Shown in pieces: positions 13,001 through 25,653 of a stretch of 64,000 bases of DNA (position 1 is the first letter of the stretch; each line of letters begins with the position of its first letter). The notes under the pieces are model-generated. The model was not told the DNA's origin. It saw only the letters and a program-made list of their open reading frames with translations, and did no database searches. The stretch comes from Utricularia gibba (Eukaryota > Plantae > Magnoliophyta). The stretch is from positions 1-64,000 of the forward strand of contig NEEC01000016.1 of the NCBI GenBank assembly GCA_002189035.1. The letters are read 5' to 3'. Both the position numbers and the translations under genes were made by a program.

Positions 13001-16000
13001 ACGAAAAACGACCGTCTCAGAATGAGCTTCGAAACGGTATGCTGTGTGTCGCGTGACTCTAAACGGTTTGGACGATGTGGCGTCAATGGCGAAGGCTGCG
13101 CGAGGCCACCCCTTAATGTAGGAATTCCCAGGGCCCGAGCACACTGAGAAACGCATGAGAATGCCGCGAAATTCAAGATTTTGACATATATTAACGAATC
13201 ACGCGTGTTTCGCAATCCGAGAATAATTTTCGCATAAAAACGAGCAAAGGAGTCGCGATGTCCCCAATGGCTAGACCATTTTGTGACACCATTCAAGGCT
13301 TATATAGGGCCATCCGTCGAGCTTCGAACTTTCCTCGGATGGGCGAACTCCCAACACGAAAAACGATCGTCTCAGAATGAGCTTCGAAACGGTATGCTGT
13401 GTGTCGCGTGACTCTAAACGGTTTGGACGATGTGGCGTCAATGGCGAAGGCTGCGCGAGGCCACCCCTTAATGTAGGAATTCCCAGGGCCCGAGCACACT
13501 CGGAGAAACGCATGAGAATGCCGCGAAATTCAAGATTTTGACATATATTAACGAATCACGCGTGTTTCGCAATCCGAGAATAATTTTCGCATAAAAACGA
13601 GCAAAGGAGTCGCGACGTCCCCAATGGCTAGACCATTTTGTGACACCATTCAAGGCTATATAAGGCCATCCTTCGAGCTTCGAACTTTCCTCGGATGGGC
13701 GAGCTCCCAACACGAAAAACGATCGTCTCAGAATGAGCTTCGAAACGGTATGCTGTGTGTCGCGTGACTCTAAACGGTTTGGACGATGTGGCGTCAATGG
13801 CGAAGGCTGCGCGAGGCCACCCCTGGTGTAGGAAGTCCCAGGCCCGAGCACACCCATAGAAACGCATGAGAATGCCGCGAAATTCAAGATTTTGACATAT
13901 ATTAACGAATCACGCGTGTTTCGCAATCCGAGAAAAATTTTCGCATAAAAACGAGCAAAGGAGTCGCAACGTCCCCAATGGCTAGACCATTTTGTGACAC
14001 CATTCAAGGCTAATATAAGGCCATCCTTCGAGCTTCGAACTTTCCTCGGATGGGCGAACTTCCAACACGAAAAACGATCGTCTCAGAATGAGCTTCGAAA
14101 CGGTATGCTGTGTGTCGCGTGACTCTAAACGGTTTGGACGATGTGGCGTCAATGGCGAAGGCTGCGCGAGGCCACCCCTTGGTGTAGGAAGTCCCGGGGC
14201 CCGAGCACACCGTAGAAACGCATGAGAATGCCGCGAAATTCAAGATTTTGACATATATTAACGAATCACGCGTGTTTCGCAAGCCGAGAACAATTTTCGC
14301 ATAAAAACGAGCAAAGGAGTCGCAACGTCCCCAATGGCTAGACCATTTTGTGACACCATTGAAGGCTTATATAGGGCCATCCGTCGAGCTTCGAACTTTC
14401 CTCGGATGGGCGAGCTCCCAACACGAAAAACGACCGTCTCGGAATGAGCTTCGAAACGGTATGCTGTGTGTCGCGTGACTCTAAACGGTTTGGACGATGT
14501 GGCGTCAATGGCGAAGGCTGCGCGAGGCCACCCCTTAATGTAGGAATTCCCAGGGCCCGAGCACACTCGGAGAAACGCATGAGAATGCCGCGAAATTCAA
14601 GATTTTGACATATATTAACGAATCACGCGTGTTTCGCAAGCCGAGAACAATTTTCGCATAAAAACGAGCAAACGAGTCCAACGTCCCCAATGGCTAGGCC
14701 ATTTTGTGACACCATTCAAGGCTTATATAGGGCCATCCGTCGAGCTTCGAACTTTCCTCGGATGGGCGAACTTCCAACACGAAAAACGATCGTCTCAGAA
14801 TGAGCTTCGAAACGGTATGCTGTGTGTCGCGTGACTCTAAACGGTTTGGACGATGTGGCGTCAATGGCGAAGGCTGCGCGAGGCCACCCCTTGGTGTAGG
14901 AAGTCCCGGGCCCGAGCACACCCGTAGAAACGCATGAGAATGCCGCGAAATTCAAGATTTTTACATATATTAACGAATCACGCGTGTTTCGCAAGCCGAG
15001 ATTATTTTCGCATAAAAACGAGCAAACGAGTCCCAACGTCCCCAATGGCTAGGCCATTTTGTGACACCATTCAAGGCTTATATAGGGCCATCCGTCGAGC
15101 TTCGAACTTTCCTCGGATGGGCTTCCCAACACGAAAAACGATCGTCTCAGAATGAGCTTCGAAACGGTATGCTGTGTGTCGCGTGACTCTAAACGGTTTG
15201 GACGATGTGGCGTCAATGGCGAAGGCTGCGCGAGGCCACCCCTTGGTGTAGGAAGTCCCCCCGAGCACACCCATAGAAACGCATGAGAATGCCGCGAAAT
15301 TCAAGATTTTGACATATATTAACGAATCACGCGTGTTTCGCAATCCGAGAACAATTTTCGCATAAAAACGAGCAAAGGAGTCGCGATGTCCCCAATGGCT
15401 AGGCCATTTTGTGACACCATTCAAGGCTTATATAGGGCCATCCGTCGAGCTTCGAACTTTCCTCGGATGGGCGAATTTCCCAACACGAAAAACGATCGTC
15501 TTAGAATGAGCTTCGAAACGGTATGCTGTGTGTCGCGTGACTCTAAACGGTTTGGACGATGTGGCGTCAATGGCGAAGGCTGCGCGAGGCCACCCCTTAA
15601 TGTAGGAATTCCCAGGGCCCGAGCACACTCGGAGAAACGCATGAGAATGATGCGAAATTCAAGATTTTGACATATATTAACGAATCACGCGTGTTTCGCA
15701 ATCCGAGAATAATTTTCGCATAAAAAGGAGCAAAGGAGTCGCGATGTCCCCAATGGCTAGACCATTTTGTGACACCATTCAAGGCTAATATAAGGCCATC
15801 CTTCGAGCTTCGAACTTTCCTCGGATGGGCGAGCTCCCAACACGAAAAACGATCGTCTCAGAATGAGCTTCGAAACGGTATGCTGTGTGTCGCGTGACTC
15901 TAAACGGTTTGGACGATGTGGCGTCAATGGCGAAGGCTGCGCGAGGCCACCCCTTGGTGTAGGAAGTCCCAGTACCCGAGCACACCCATAGAAACGCATG

Positions 16001-19000
16001 AGAATGCCGCGAAATTCAGATTTTACATATATTAACGAATCACGCGTGTTTCGCAATCCGACAAAAATTTTCGCATAAAAACGAGCAAAGGAGTCGCAAC
16101 GTCCCCAATGGCTAGACCATTTTGTGAAACCATTCAAGGCTAATATAAGGCATCCTTCGAGCTTCGAACTTTCCTCGGATGGGCGAACTTCCAACACGAA
16201 AAACGATCGTCTCAGAATGAGCTTCGAAACGGTATGCTGTGTGTCGCGTGACTCTAAACGGTTTGGACGATGTGGCGTCAATGGCGAAGGCTGCGCGAGG
16301 CCACCCCTTGGTGTAGGAAGTCCCGGGGCCCGAGCACACCCGTAGAAACGCATGAGAATGCCGCGAAATTCAAGATTTTGACATATATTAACGAATCACG
16401 CGTGTTTCGCAAGCCGAGATTAATTTTCGCATAAAAACGAGCAAAGGAGTCGCGTCCCCAATGGCTAGACCATTTTTGACACCATTGAAGGCTAATATAA
16501 GGCCATCCTTCGAGCTTCGAACTTTCCTCGGATGGGCAAGCTCCCAACACGAAAAACGACCGTCTCGGAATGAGCTTCGAAACGGTATGCTGTGTGTCGC
16601 GTGACTCTAAACGGTTTGGACGATGTGGCGTCAATGGCGAAGGCTGCGCGAGGCCACCCCTTAATGTAGGAATTCCCAGGGCCCGAGCACACTCGGAGAA
16701 ACGCATGAGAATGCCGCGAAATTCAAGATTTTGACATATATTAACGAATCACGCGTGTTTCGCAAGCCGAGATTAGTTTTCGCATAAAAACGAGCAAACG
16801 AGTCCCAACGTCCCCAATGGCTAGGCCATTTTGTGACACCATTCAAGGCTTATATAGGGCCATCCGTTGAGCTTCGAACTTTCCTCGGATGGGCGATTTC
16901 CCAACACGAAAAACGATCGTCTCAGAATGAGCTTCGAAACGGTATGCTGTGTGTCGCGTGACTCTAAACGGTTTGGACGATGTGGCGTCAATGGCGAAGG
17001 CTGCGCGAGGCCACCCCTTGGTGTAGGAATTCCCAGGGCCCGAGCACACTCGGAGAAACGCATGAGAATGCCGCGAAATTCAAGATTTTGACATATATTA
17101 ACGAATCACGCGTGTTTCGCAAGCCGAATTAGTTTTCGCATAAAAACGAGCAAAGGAGTCGCAATGTCCCCAATGGCTAGACCATTTTGAAACCATTGAA
17201 GGCTAATATAAGGCCATCCGTCGAGCTTCGAACTTTCCTCGGATGGGCGATTTCCCAACACGAAAAACGATCGTCTCAGAATGAGCTTCGAAACGGTATG
17301 CTGTGTGTCGCGTGACTCTAAACGGTTGGACGATGTGGCGTCAATGGCGAAGGCTGCGCGAGGCCACCCCTTGGTGTAGGAATCCCAGGGCCCGAGCACA
17401 CTCGGAGAAACGCATGAGAATGCCGCGAAATTCAAGATTTTGACATATATTAACGAATCACGCGTGTTTCGCAATCCGAGAATAATTTTCGCATAAAAAC
17501 GAGCAAAGGAGTCGCAATGTCCCCAATGGCTAGACCATTTTGTGACACCATTGAAGGCTAATATAAGGCCATCCGTCGAGCTTCGAACTTTCCTCGGATG
17601 GGCGAACTCCCAACACGAAAAACGACCGTCTCGGAATGAGCTTCGAAACGGTATGCTGTGTGTCGCGTGACTCTAAACGGTTTGGACGATGTGGCGTCAA
17701 TGGCGAAGGCTGCGCGAGGCCACCCCTTAATGTAGGAATTCCCAGGGCCCGAGCACACTCGGAGAAACGCATGAGAATGCCGCGAAATTCAAGATTTTGA
17801 CATATATTAACGAATCACGCGTGTTTCGCAAGCCGAGAACAATTTTCGCATAAAAACGAGCAAACGAGTCCCAACGTCCCCAATGGCTAGCCATTTTGTG
17901 ACACCATTCAAGGCTTATATAGGGCCATCCGTCGAGCTTCGAACTTTCCTCGGATGGGCGAACTCCCAACACGAAAAACGACCGTCTCGGAATGAGCTTC
18001 GAAACGGTATGCTGTGTGTCGCGTGACTCTAAACGGTTTGGACGATGTGGCGTCAATGGCGAAGGCTGCGCGAGGCCACCCCTTGGTGTAGGAATTCCCG
18101 GGCCCGAGCACACTAGAAACGCATGAGAATGCCGCGAAATTCAAGATTTTGACATATATTAACGAATCACGCGTGTTTCGCAAGCCGAGAATTTTTCGCA
18201 TAAAAACGAGCAAACGAGTCCCAACGTCCCCAATGGCTAGGCCATTTTGTGACACCATTCAAGGCTTATATAGGGCCATCCGTCGAGCTTCGAACTTTCC
18301 TCGGATGGGCGAGCTCCCAACACGAAAAACGACCGTCTCGGAATGAGCTTCGAAACGGTATGCTGTGTGTCGCGTGACTCTAAACGGTTTGGACGATGTG
18401 GCGTCAATGGCGAAGGCTGCGCGAGGCCACCCCTTGGTGTAGGAAGTCCCGGGCCCGAGCACACCCGAGAAACGCATGAGAATGCCGCGAAATTCAAGAT
18501 TTTGACATATATTAACGAATCACGCGTGTTTCGCAAGCCGAGAACAATTTTCGCATAAAAACGAGCAAAGGAGTCGCAACGTCCCCAATGGCTAGCCATT
18601 TTGTGACACCATTCAAGGCTTATATAGGGCCATCCGTCGAGCTTCGAACTTTCCTCGGATGGGCGACTCCCAACACGAAAAACGACCGTCTCGGAATGAG
18701 CTTCGAAACGGTATGCTGTGTGTCGCGTGACTCTAAACGGTTTGGACGATGTGGCGTCAATGGCGAAGGCTGCGCGAGGCCACCCCTTAATGTAGGAATT
18801 CCCAGGGCCCGAGCACACTCGGAGAAACGCATGAGAATGCCGCGAAATTCAAGATTTTGACATATATTAACGAATCACGCGTGTTTCGCAAGCCGAGAAT
18901 TATTTTCGCATAAAAACGAGCAAACGAGTCCCAACGTCCCCAATGGCTAGGCCATTTTGTGACACCATTCAAGGCTTATATAGGGCCATCCGTCGAGCTT

Positions 19001-22000
19001 CGAACTTTCCTCGGATGGGCGACTCCCAACACGAAAAACGATCGTCTCAGAATGAGCTTCGAAACGGTATGCTGTGTGTCGCGTGACTCTAAACGGTTTG
19101 GACGATGTGGCGTCAATGGCGAAGGCTGCGCGAGGCCACCCCTTGGTGTAGGAAGTCCCAGGGCCCGAGCACACCCTAGAAACGCATGAGAATGCCGCGA
19201 AATTCAAGATTTTACATATATTAACGAATCACGCGTGTTTCGCAATCCGAGAAAAATTTTCGCATAAAAACGAGCAAAGGAGTCGCAACGTCCCCAATGG
19301 CTAGACCATTTTGTGACACCATTCAAGGCTAATATAGGCCATCCGAGCTTCGAACTTTCCTCGGATGGGCGAAACACGAAAAACGATCGTCTCAGAATGA
19401 GCTTCGAAACGGTATGCTGTGTGTCGCGTGACTCTAAACGGTTTGGACGATGTGGCGTCAATGGCGAAGGCTGCGCGAGGCCACCCCTTGGTGTAGGAAT
19501 TCCCGGGCCCGAGCACACCCGTAGAAACGCATGAGAATGCCGCGAAATTCAAGATTTTGACATATATTAACGAATCACGCGTGTTTCGCAAGCCGAGAAT
19601 AATTTTCGCATAAAAACGAGCAAAGGAGTCGCGATGTCCCCAATGGCTAGCCATTTTGTGACACCATTGAAGGCTAATATAAGGCCATCCTTCGAGCTTC
19701 GAACTTTCCTCGGATGGGCAAGCTCCCAACACGAAAAACGACCGTCTCGGAATGAGCTTCGAAACGGTATGCTGTGTGTCGCGTGACTCTAAACGGTTTG
19801 GACGATGTGGCGTCAATGGCGAAGGCTGCGCGAGGCCACCCCTTAATGTAGGAATTCCCAGGGCCCGAGCACACTCGGAGAAACGCATGAGAATGCCGCG
19901 AAATTCAAGATTTTGACATATATTAACGAATCACGCGTGTTTCGCAAGCCGAGAACAATTTTCGCATAAAAACGAGCAAACGAGTCCCAACGTCCCCAAT
20001 GGCTAGGCCATTTTGTGACACCATTCAAGGCTTATATAGGGCCATCCTTCGAGCTTCGAACTTTCCTCGGATGGGCAACTCCCAACACGAAAAACGACCG
20101 TCTCGAATGAGCTTCGAAACGGTATGCTGTGTGTCGCGTGACTCTAAACGGTTTGGACGATGTGGCGTCAATGGCGAAGGCTGCGCGAGGCCACCCCTTG
20201 GTGTAGGAATTCCCAGGGCCCGAGCACACTCGGAGAAACGCATGAGAATGCCGCGAAATTCAAGATTTTGACATATATTAACGAATCACGCGTGTTTCGC
20301 AAGCCGAGATTAGTTTTCGCATAAAAACGAGCAAAGGAGTCGCAATGTCCCCAATGGCTAGACCATTTTGACACCATTGAAGGCTAATATAGGCCATCCT
20401 TCGAGCTTCGAACTTTCCTCGGATGGGCAAGCTCCCAACACGAAAAACGACCGTCTCAGAATGAGCTTCGAAACGTATGCTTGTGTGCGTGACTCTAAAC
20501 GGTTTGGAAGATGTGGCGTCAATTGCGAAGGCTGCGCGAGGCCACCCCTTAATGTAGGAATTCCCAGGGCCCGAGCACACTCGGAGAAACGCATGAGAAT
20601 GCCGCGAAATTCAAGATTTTGACATATATTAACGAATCACGCGTGTTTCGCAATCCGAGAATAATTTTCGCATAAAAACGAGCAAAGGAGTCGCGATGTC
20701 CCCAATGGCTAGACCATTTTGTGACACCATTGAAGGCTAATATAGGCCATCCGTCGAGCTTCGAACTTTCCTCGGATGGGCGAACTCCCAACACGAAAAA
20801 CGACCGTCTCGGAATGAGCTTCGAAACGGTATGCTGTGTGTCGCGTGACTCTAAACGGTTTGGACGATGTGGCGTCAATGGCGAAGGCTGCGCGAGGCCA
20901 CCCCTTAATGTAGGAATTCCCCCCGAGCACACTGAGAAACGCATGAGAATGCCGCGAAATTCAAGATTTTGACATATATTAACGAATCACGCGTGTTTCG
21001 CAATCCGAGAATAATTTTCGCATAAAAACGAGCAAAGGAGTCGCGATGTCCCCAATGGCTAGACCATTTTGTGACACCATTCAAGGCTTATATAGGGCCA
21101 TCCGTCGAGCTTCGAACTTTCCTCGGATGGGCGAACTCCCAACACGAAAAACGATCGTCTCAGAATGAGCTTCGAAACGGTATGCTGTGTGTCGCGTGAC
21201 TCTAAACGGTTTGGACGATGTGGCGTCAATGGCGAAGGCTGCGCGAGGCCACCCCTTAATGTAGGAATTCCCAGGGCCCGAGCACACTCGGAGAAACGCA
21301 TGAGAATGCCGCGAAATTCAAGATTTTGACATATATTAACGAATCACGCGTGTTTCGCAATCCGAGAATAATTTTCGCATAAAAACGAGCAAAGGAGTCG
21401 CGATGTCCCCAATGGCTAGACCATTTTGTGACACCATTCAAGGCTAATATAAGGCCATCCTTCGAGCTTCGAACTTTCCTCGGATGGGCGAGCTCCCAAC
21501 ACGAAAAACGATCGTCTCAGAATGAGCTTCGAAACGGTATGCTGTGTGTCGCGTGACTCTAAACGGTTTGGACGATGTGGCGTCAATGGCGAAGGCTGCG
21601 CGAGGCCACCCCTTGGTGTAGGAAGTCCCAGGGCCCGAGCACACCCATAGAAACGCATGAGAATGCCGCGAAATTCAGATTTTGACATATATTAACGAAT
21701 CACGCGTGTTTCGCAATCCGAGAAATTTTCGCATAAAAACGAGCAAAGGAGTCGCAACGTCCCCAATGGCTAGACCATTTTGTGACACATTCAAGGCTAA
21801 TATAAGGCCATCCTTCGAGCTTCGAACTTTCCTCGGATGGGCGAACTCCAACACGAAAAACGATCGTCTCAGAATGAGCTTCGAAACGGTATGCTGTGTG
21901 TCGCGTGACTCTAAACGGTTTGGACGATGTGGCGTCAATGGCGAAGGCTGCGCGAGGCCACCCCTTGGTGTAGGAAGTCCCGGGCCCGAGCACACCCGAG

Positions 22001-25000
22001 AAACGCATGAGAATGCCGCGAAATTCAAGATTTTGACATATATTAACGAATCACGCGTGTTTCGCAAGCCGAGAACAATTTTCGCATAAAAACGAGCAAA
22101 GGAGTCGCAACGTCCCCAATGGCTAGACCATTTTGTGACACCATTGAAGGCTTATATAGGGCCATCCGTCGAGCTTCGAACTTTCCTCGGATGGGCGAAG
22201 CTCCCAACACGAAAAACGACCGTCTCGGAATGAGCTTCGAAACGGTATGCTGTGTGTCGCGTGACTCTAAACGGTTTGGACGATGTGGCGTCAATGGCGA
22301 AGGCTGCGCGAGGCCACCCCTTAATGTAGGAATTCCCAGGGCCCGAGCACACTCGAGAAACGCATGAGAATGCCGCGAAATTCAAGATTTTGACATATAT
22401 TAACGAATCACGCGTGTTTCGCAAGCCGAGAACAATTTTCGCATAAAAACGAGCAAACGAGTCCAACGTCCCCAATGGCTAGGCCATTTTGTGACACCAT
22501 TCAAGGCTTATATAGGGCCATCCGTCGAGCTTCGAACTTTCCTCGGATGGGCGAACTTCCAACACGAAAAACGATCGTCTCAGAATGAGCTTCGAAACGG
22601 TATGCTGTGTGTCGCGTGACTCTAAACGGTTTGGACGATGTGGCGTCAATGGCGAAGGCTGCGCGAGGCCACCCCTTGGTGTAGGAAGTCCCGGGCCCGA
22701 GCACACCCGTAGAAACGCATGAGAATGCCGCGAAATTCAAGATTTTGACATATATTAACGAATCACGCGTGTTTCGCAAGCCGAGATTAGTTTTCGCATA
22801 AAAACGAGCAAACGAGTCCCAACGTCCCCAATGGCTAGGCCATTTTGTGACACCATTCAAGGCTTATATAGGGCCATCCGTCGAGCTTCGAACTTTCCTC
22901 GGATGGGCGACCCCAACACGAAAAACGATCGTCTCAGAATGAGCTTCGAAACGGTATGCTGTGTGTCGCGTGACTCTAAACGGTTTGGACGATGTGGCGT
23001 CAATGGCGAAGGCTGCGCGAGGCCACCCCTTGGTGTAGGAAGTCCCACCCGAGCACACCTAGAAACGCATGAGAATGCCGCGAAATTCAAGATTTTGACA
23101 TATATTAACGAATCACGCGTGTTTCGCAATCCGAGAACAATTTTCGCATAAAAACGAGCAAAGGAGTCGCATGTCCCCAATGGCTAGGCCATTTTGTGAC
23201 ACCATTCAAGGCTTATATAGGGCCATCCGTCGAGCTTCGAACTTTCCTCGGATGGGCGATCCCAACACGAAAAACGATCGTCTCGAATGAGCTTCGAAAC
23301 GGTATGCTGTGTGTCGCGTGACTCTAAACGGTTTGGACGATGTGGCGTCAATTGGCGAAGGCTGCGCGAGGCCACCCCTTAATGTAGGAATTCCCAGGGC
23401 CCGAGCACACTCGGAGAAACGCATGAGAATGCCGCGAAATTCAAGATTTTGACATATATTAACGAATCACGCGTGTTTCGCAATCCGAGAATAATTTTCG
23501 CATAAAAACGAGCAAAGGAGTCGCATGTCCCCAATGGCTAGACCATTTTGTGAAACCATTCAAGGCTAATATAAGGCCATCCTTCGAGCTTCGAACTTTC
23601 CTCGGATGGGCGAGCTCCCAACACGAAAAACGATCGTCTCAGAATGAGCTTCGAAACGGTATGCTGTGTGTCGCGTGACTCTAAACGGTTTGGACGATGT
23701 GGCGTCAATGGCGAAGGCTGCGCGAGGCCACCCCTTGGTGTAGGAAGTCCCAGGCCCGAGCACACTAGAAACGCATGAGAATGCCGCGAAATTCAAGATT
23801 TTACATATATTAACGAATCACGCGTGTTTCGCAATCCGAGAAAAATTTTCGCATAAAAACGAGCAAAGGAGTCGCAACGTCCCCAATGGCTAGACCATTT
23901 TGTGACACCATTCAAGGCTAATATAAGGCCATCCTTCGAGCTTCGAACTTTCCTCGGATGGGCGAACTCCCAACACGAAAAACGATCGTCTCAGAATGAG
24001 CTTCGAAACGGTATGCTGTGTGTCGCGTGACTCTAAACGGTTTGGACGATGTGGCGTCAATGGCGAAGGCTGCGCGAGGCCACCCCTTGGTGTAGGAAGT
24101 CCCGGGCCCGAGCACACCCGAGAAACGCATGAGAATGCCGCGAAATTCAAGATTTTGACATATATTAACGAATCACGCGTGTTTCGCAAGCCGAGATTAA
24201 TTTTCGCATAAAAACGAGCAAAGGAGTCGCGATGTCCCCAATGGCTAGACCATTTTTGACACATTGAAGGCTAATATAGGCCATCCTTCGAGCTTCGAAC
24301 TTTCCTCGGATGGGCAAGCTCCCAACACGAAAAACGACCGTCTCGGAATGAGCTTCGAAACGGTATGCTGTGTGTCGCGTGACTCTAAACGGTTTGGACG
24401 ATGTGGCGTCAATGGCGAAGGCTGCGCGAGGCCACCCCTTAATGTAGGAATTCCCAGGGCCCGAGCACACTCGGAGAAACGCATGAGAATGCCGCGAAAT
24501 TCAAGATTTTGACATATATTAACGAATCACGCGTGTTTCGCAAGCCGAGATTAATTTTCGCATAAAAACGAGCAAACGAGTCCCAACGTCCCCAATGGCT
24601 AGGCCATTTTGTGACACCATTCAAGGCTTATATAGGGCCATCCGTCGAGCTTCGAACTTTCCTCGGATGGGCGAATCCCAACACGAAAAACGATCGTCTC
24701 AGAATGAGCTTCGAAACGGTATGCTGTGTGTCGCGTGACTCTAAACGGTTTGGACGATGTGGCGTCAATGGCGAAGGCTGCGCGAGGCCACCCCTTGGTG
24801 TAGGAATTCCCAGGGCCCGAGCACACTCGGAGAAACGCATGAGAATGCCGCGAAATTCAAGATTTTGACATATATTAACGAATCACGCGTGTTTCGCAAG
24901 CCGAGATTAGTTTTCGCATAAAAACGAGCAAAGGAGTCGCAACGTCCCCAATGGCTAGACCATTTTGACACCATTGAAGGCTAATATAAGGCCATCCGTC

Positions 25001-25653
25001 GAGCTTCGAACTTTCCTCGGATGGGCGATTCCCAACACGAAAAACGATCGTCTCAGAATGAGCTTCGAAACGGTATGCTGTGTGTCGCGTGACTCTAAAC
25101 GGTTTGGACGATGTGGCGTCAATGGCGAAGGCTGCGCGAGGCCACCCCTTGGTGTAGGAATTCCCAGGGCCCGAGCACACTCGGAGAAACGCATGAGAAT
25201 GCCGCGAAATTCAAGATTTTGACATATATTAACGAATCACGCGTGTTTCGCAATCCGAGAATAATTTTCGCATAAAAACGAGCAAAGGAGTCGCATGTCC
25301 CAATGGCTAGACCATTTTGGACACCATTGAAGGCTAATATAAGGCCATCCGTCGAGCTTCGAACTTTCCTCGGATGGGCGAACTCCCAACACGAAAAACG
25401 ACCGTCTCGGAATGAGCTTCGAAACGGTATGCTGTGTGTCGCGTGACTCTAAACGGTTTGGACGATGTGGCGTCAATGGCGAAGGCTGCGCGAGGCCACC
25501 CCTTAATGTAGGAATTCCCAGGGCCCGAGCACACTCGGAGAAACGCATGAGAATGCCGCGAAATTCAAGATTTTGACATATATTAACGAATCACGCGTGT
25601 TTCGCAAGCCGAGAACAATTTTCGCATAAAAACGAGCAAACGAGTCGCAACGT
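10084..25653. repeat. 22-monomer higher-order repeat (~7.79 kb), two tandem copies (10084-17877 and 17878-25653)
   Basis: The order of monomer types is colinear at a 7.77-7.80 kb offset: 11142/18938, 11848/19638, 12554/20349, 13619/21407, 14685/22470, 15390/23175, 16812/24590, 17521/25299. Confidence 0.8.
13262..13618 (+). repeat. Representative clean monomer (357 bp); probable grass TrsA/Os48-like (~355-bp, knob-180-related) satellite unit
   Basis: Anchors lie at 13262 and 13619. The length and the GAATTC site (gtagGAATTCccagg) fit the known rice AA-genome ~352-355-bp EcoRI tandem repeat. The segment gaccattt...gaaggctaa resembles my recollection of the maize knob 180-bp repeat. No database comparison was run, so the family name is tentative. 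Confidence 0.55.

Noticed and set aside
13381-13397. CENP-B-box-like motif (CTTCGAAACGGTA versus YTTCGTTGGAARCGGGA)
   Set aside because: It lacks the fixed spacing between TTCG and CGGG that binding requires, so the resemblance is superficial.
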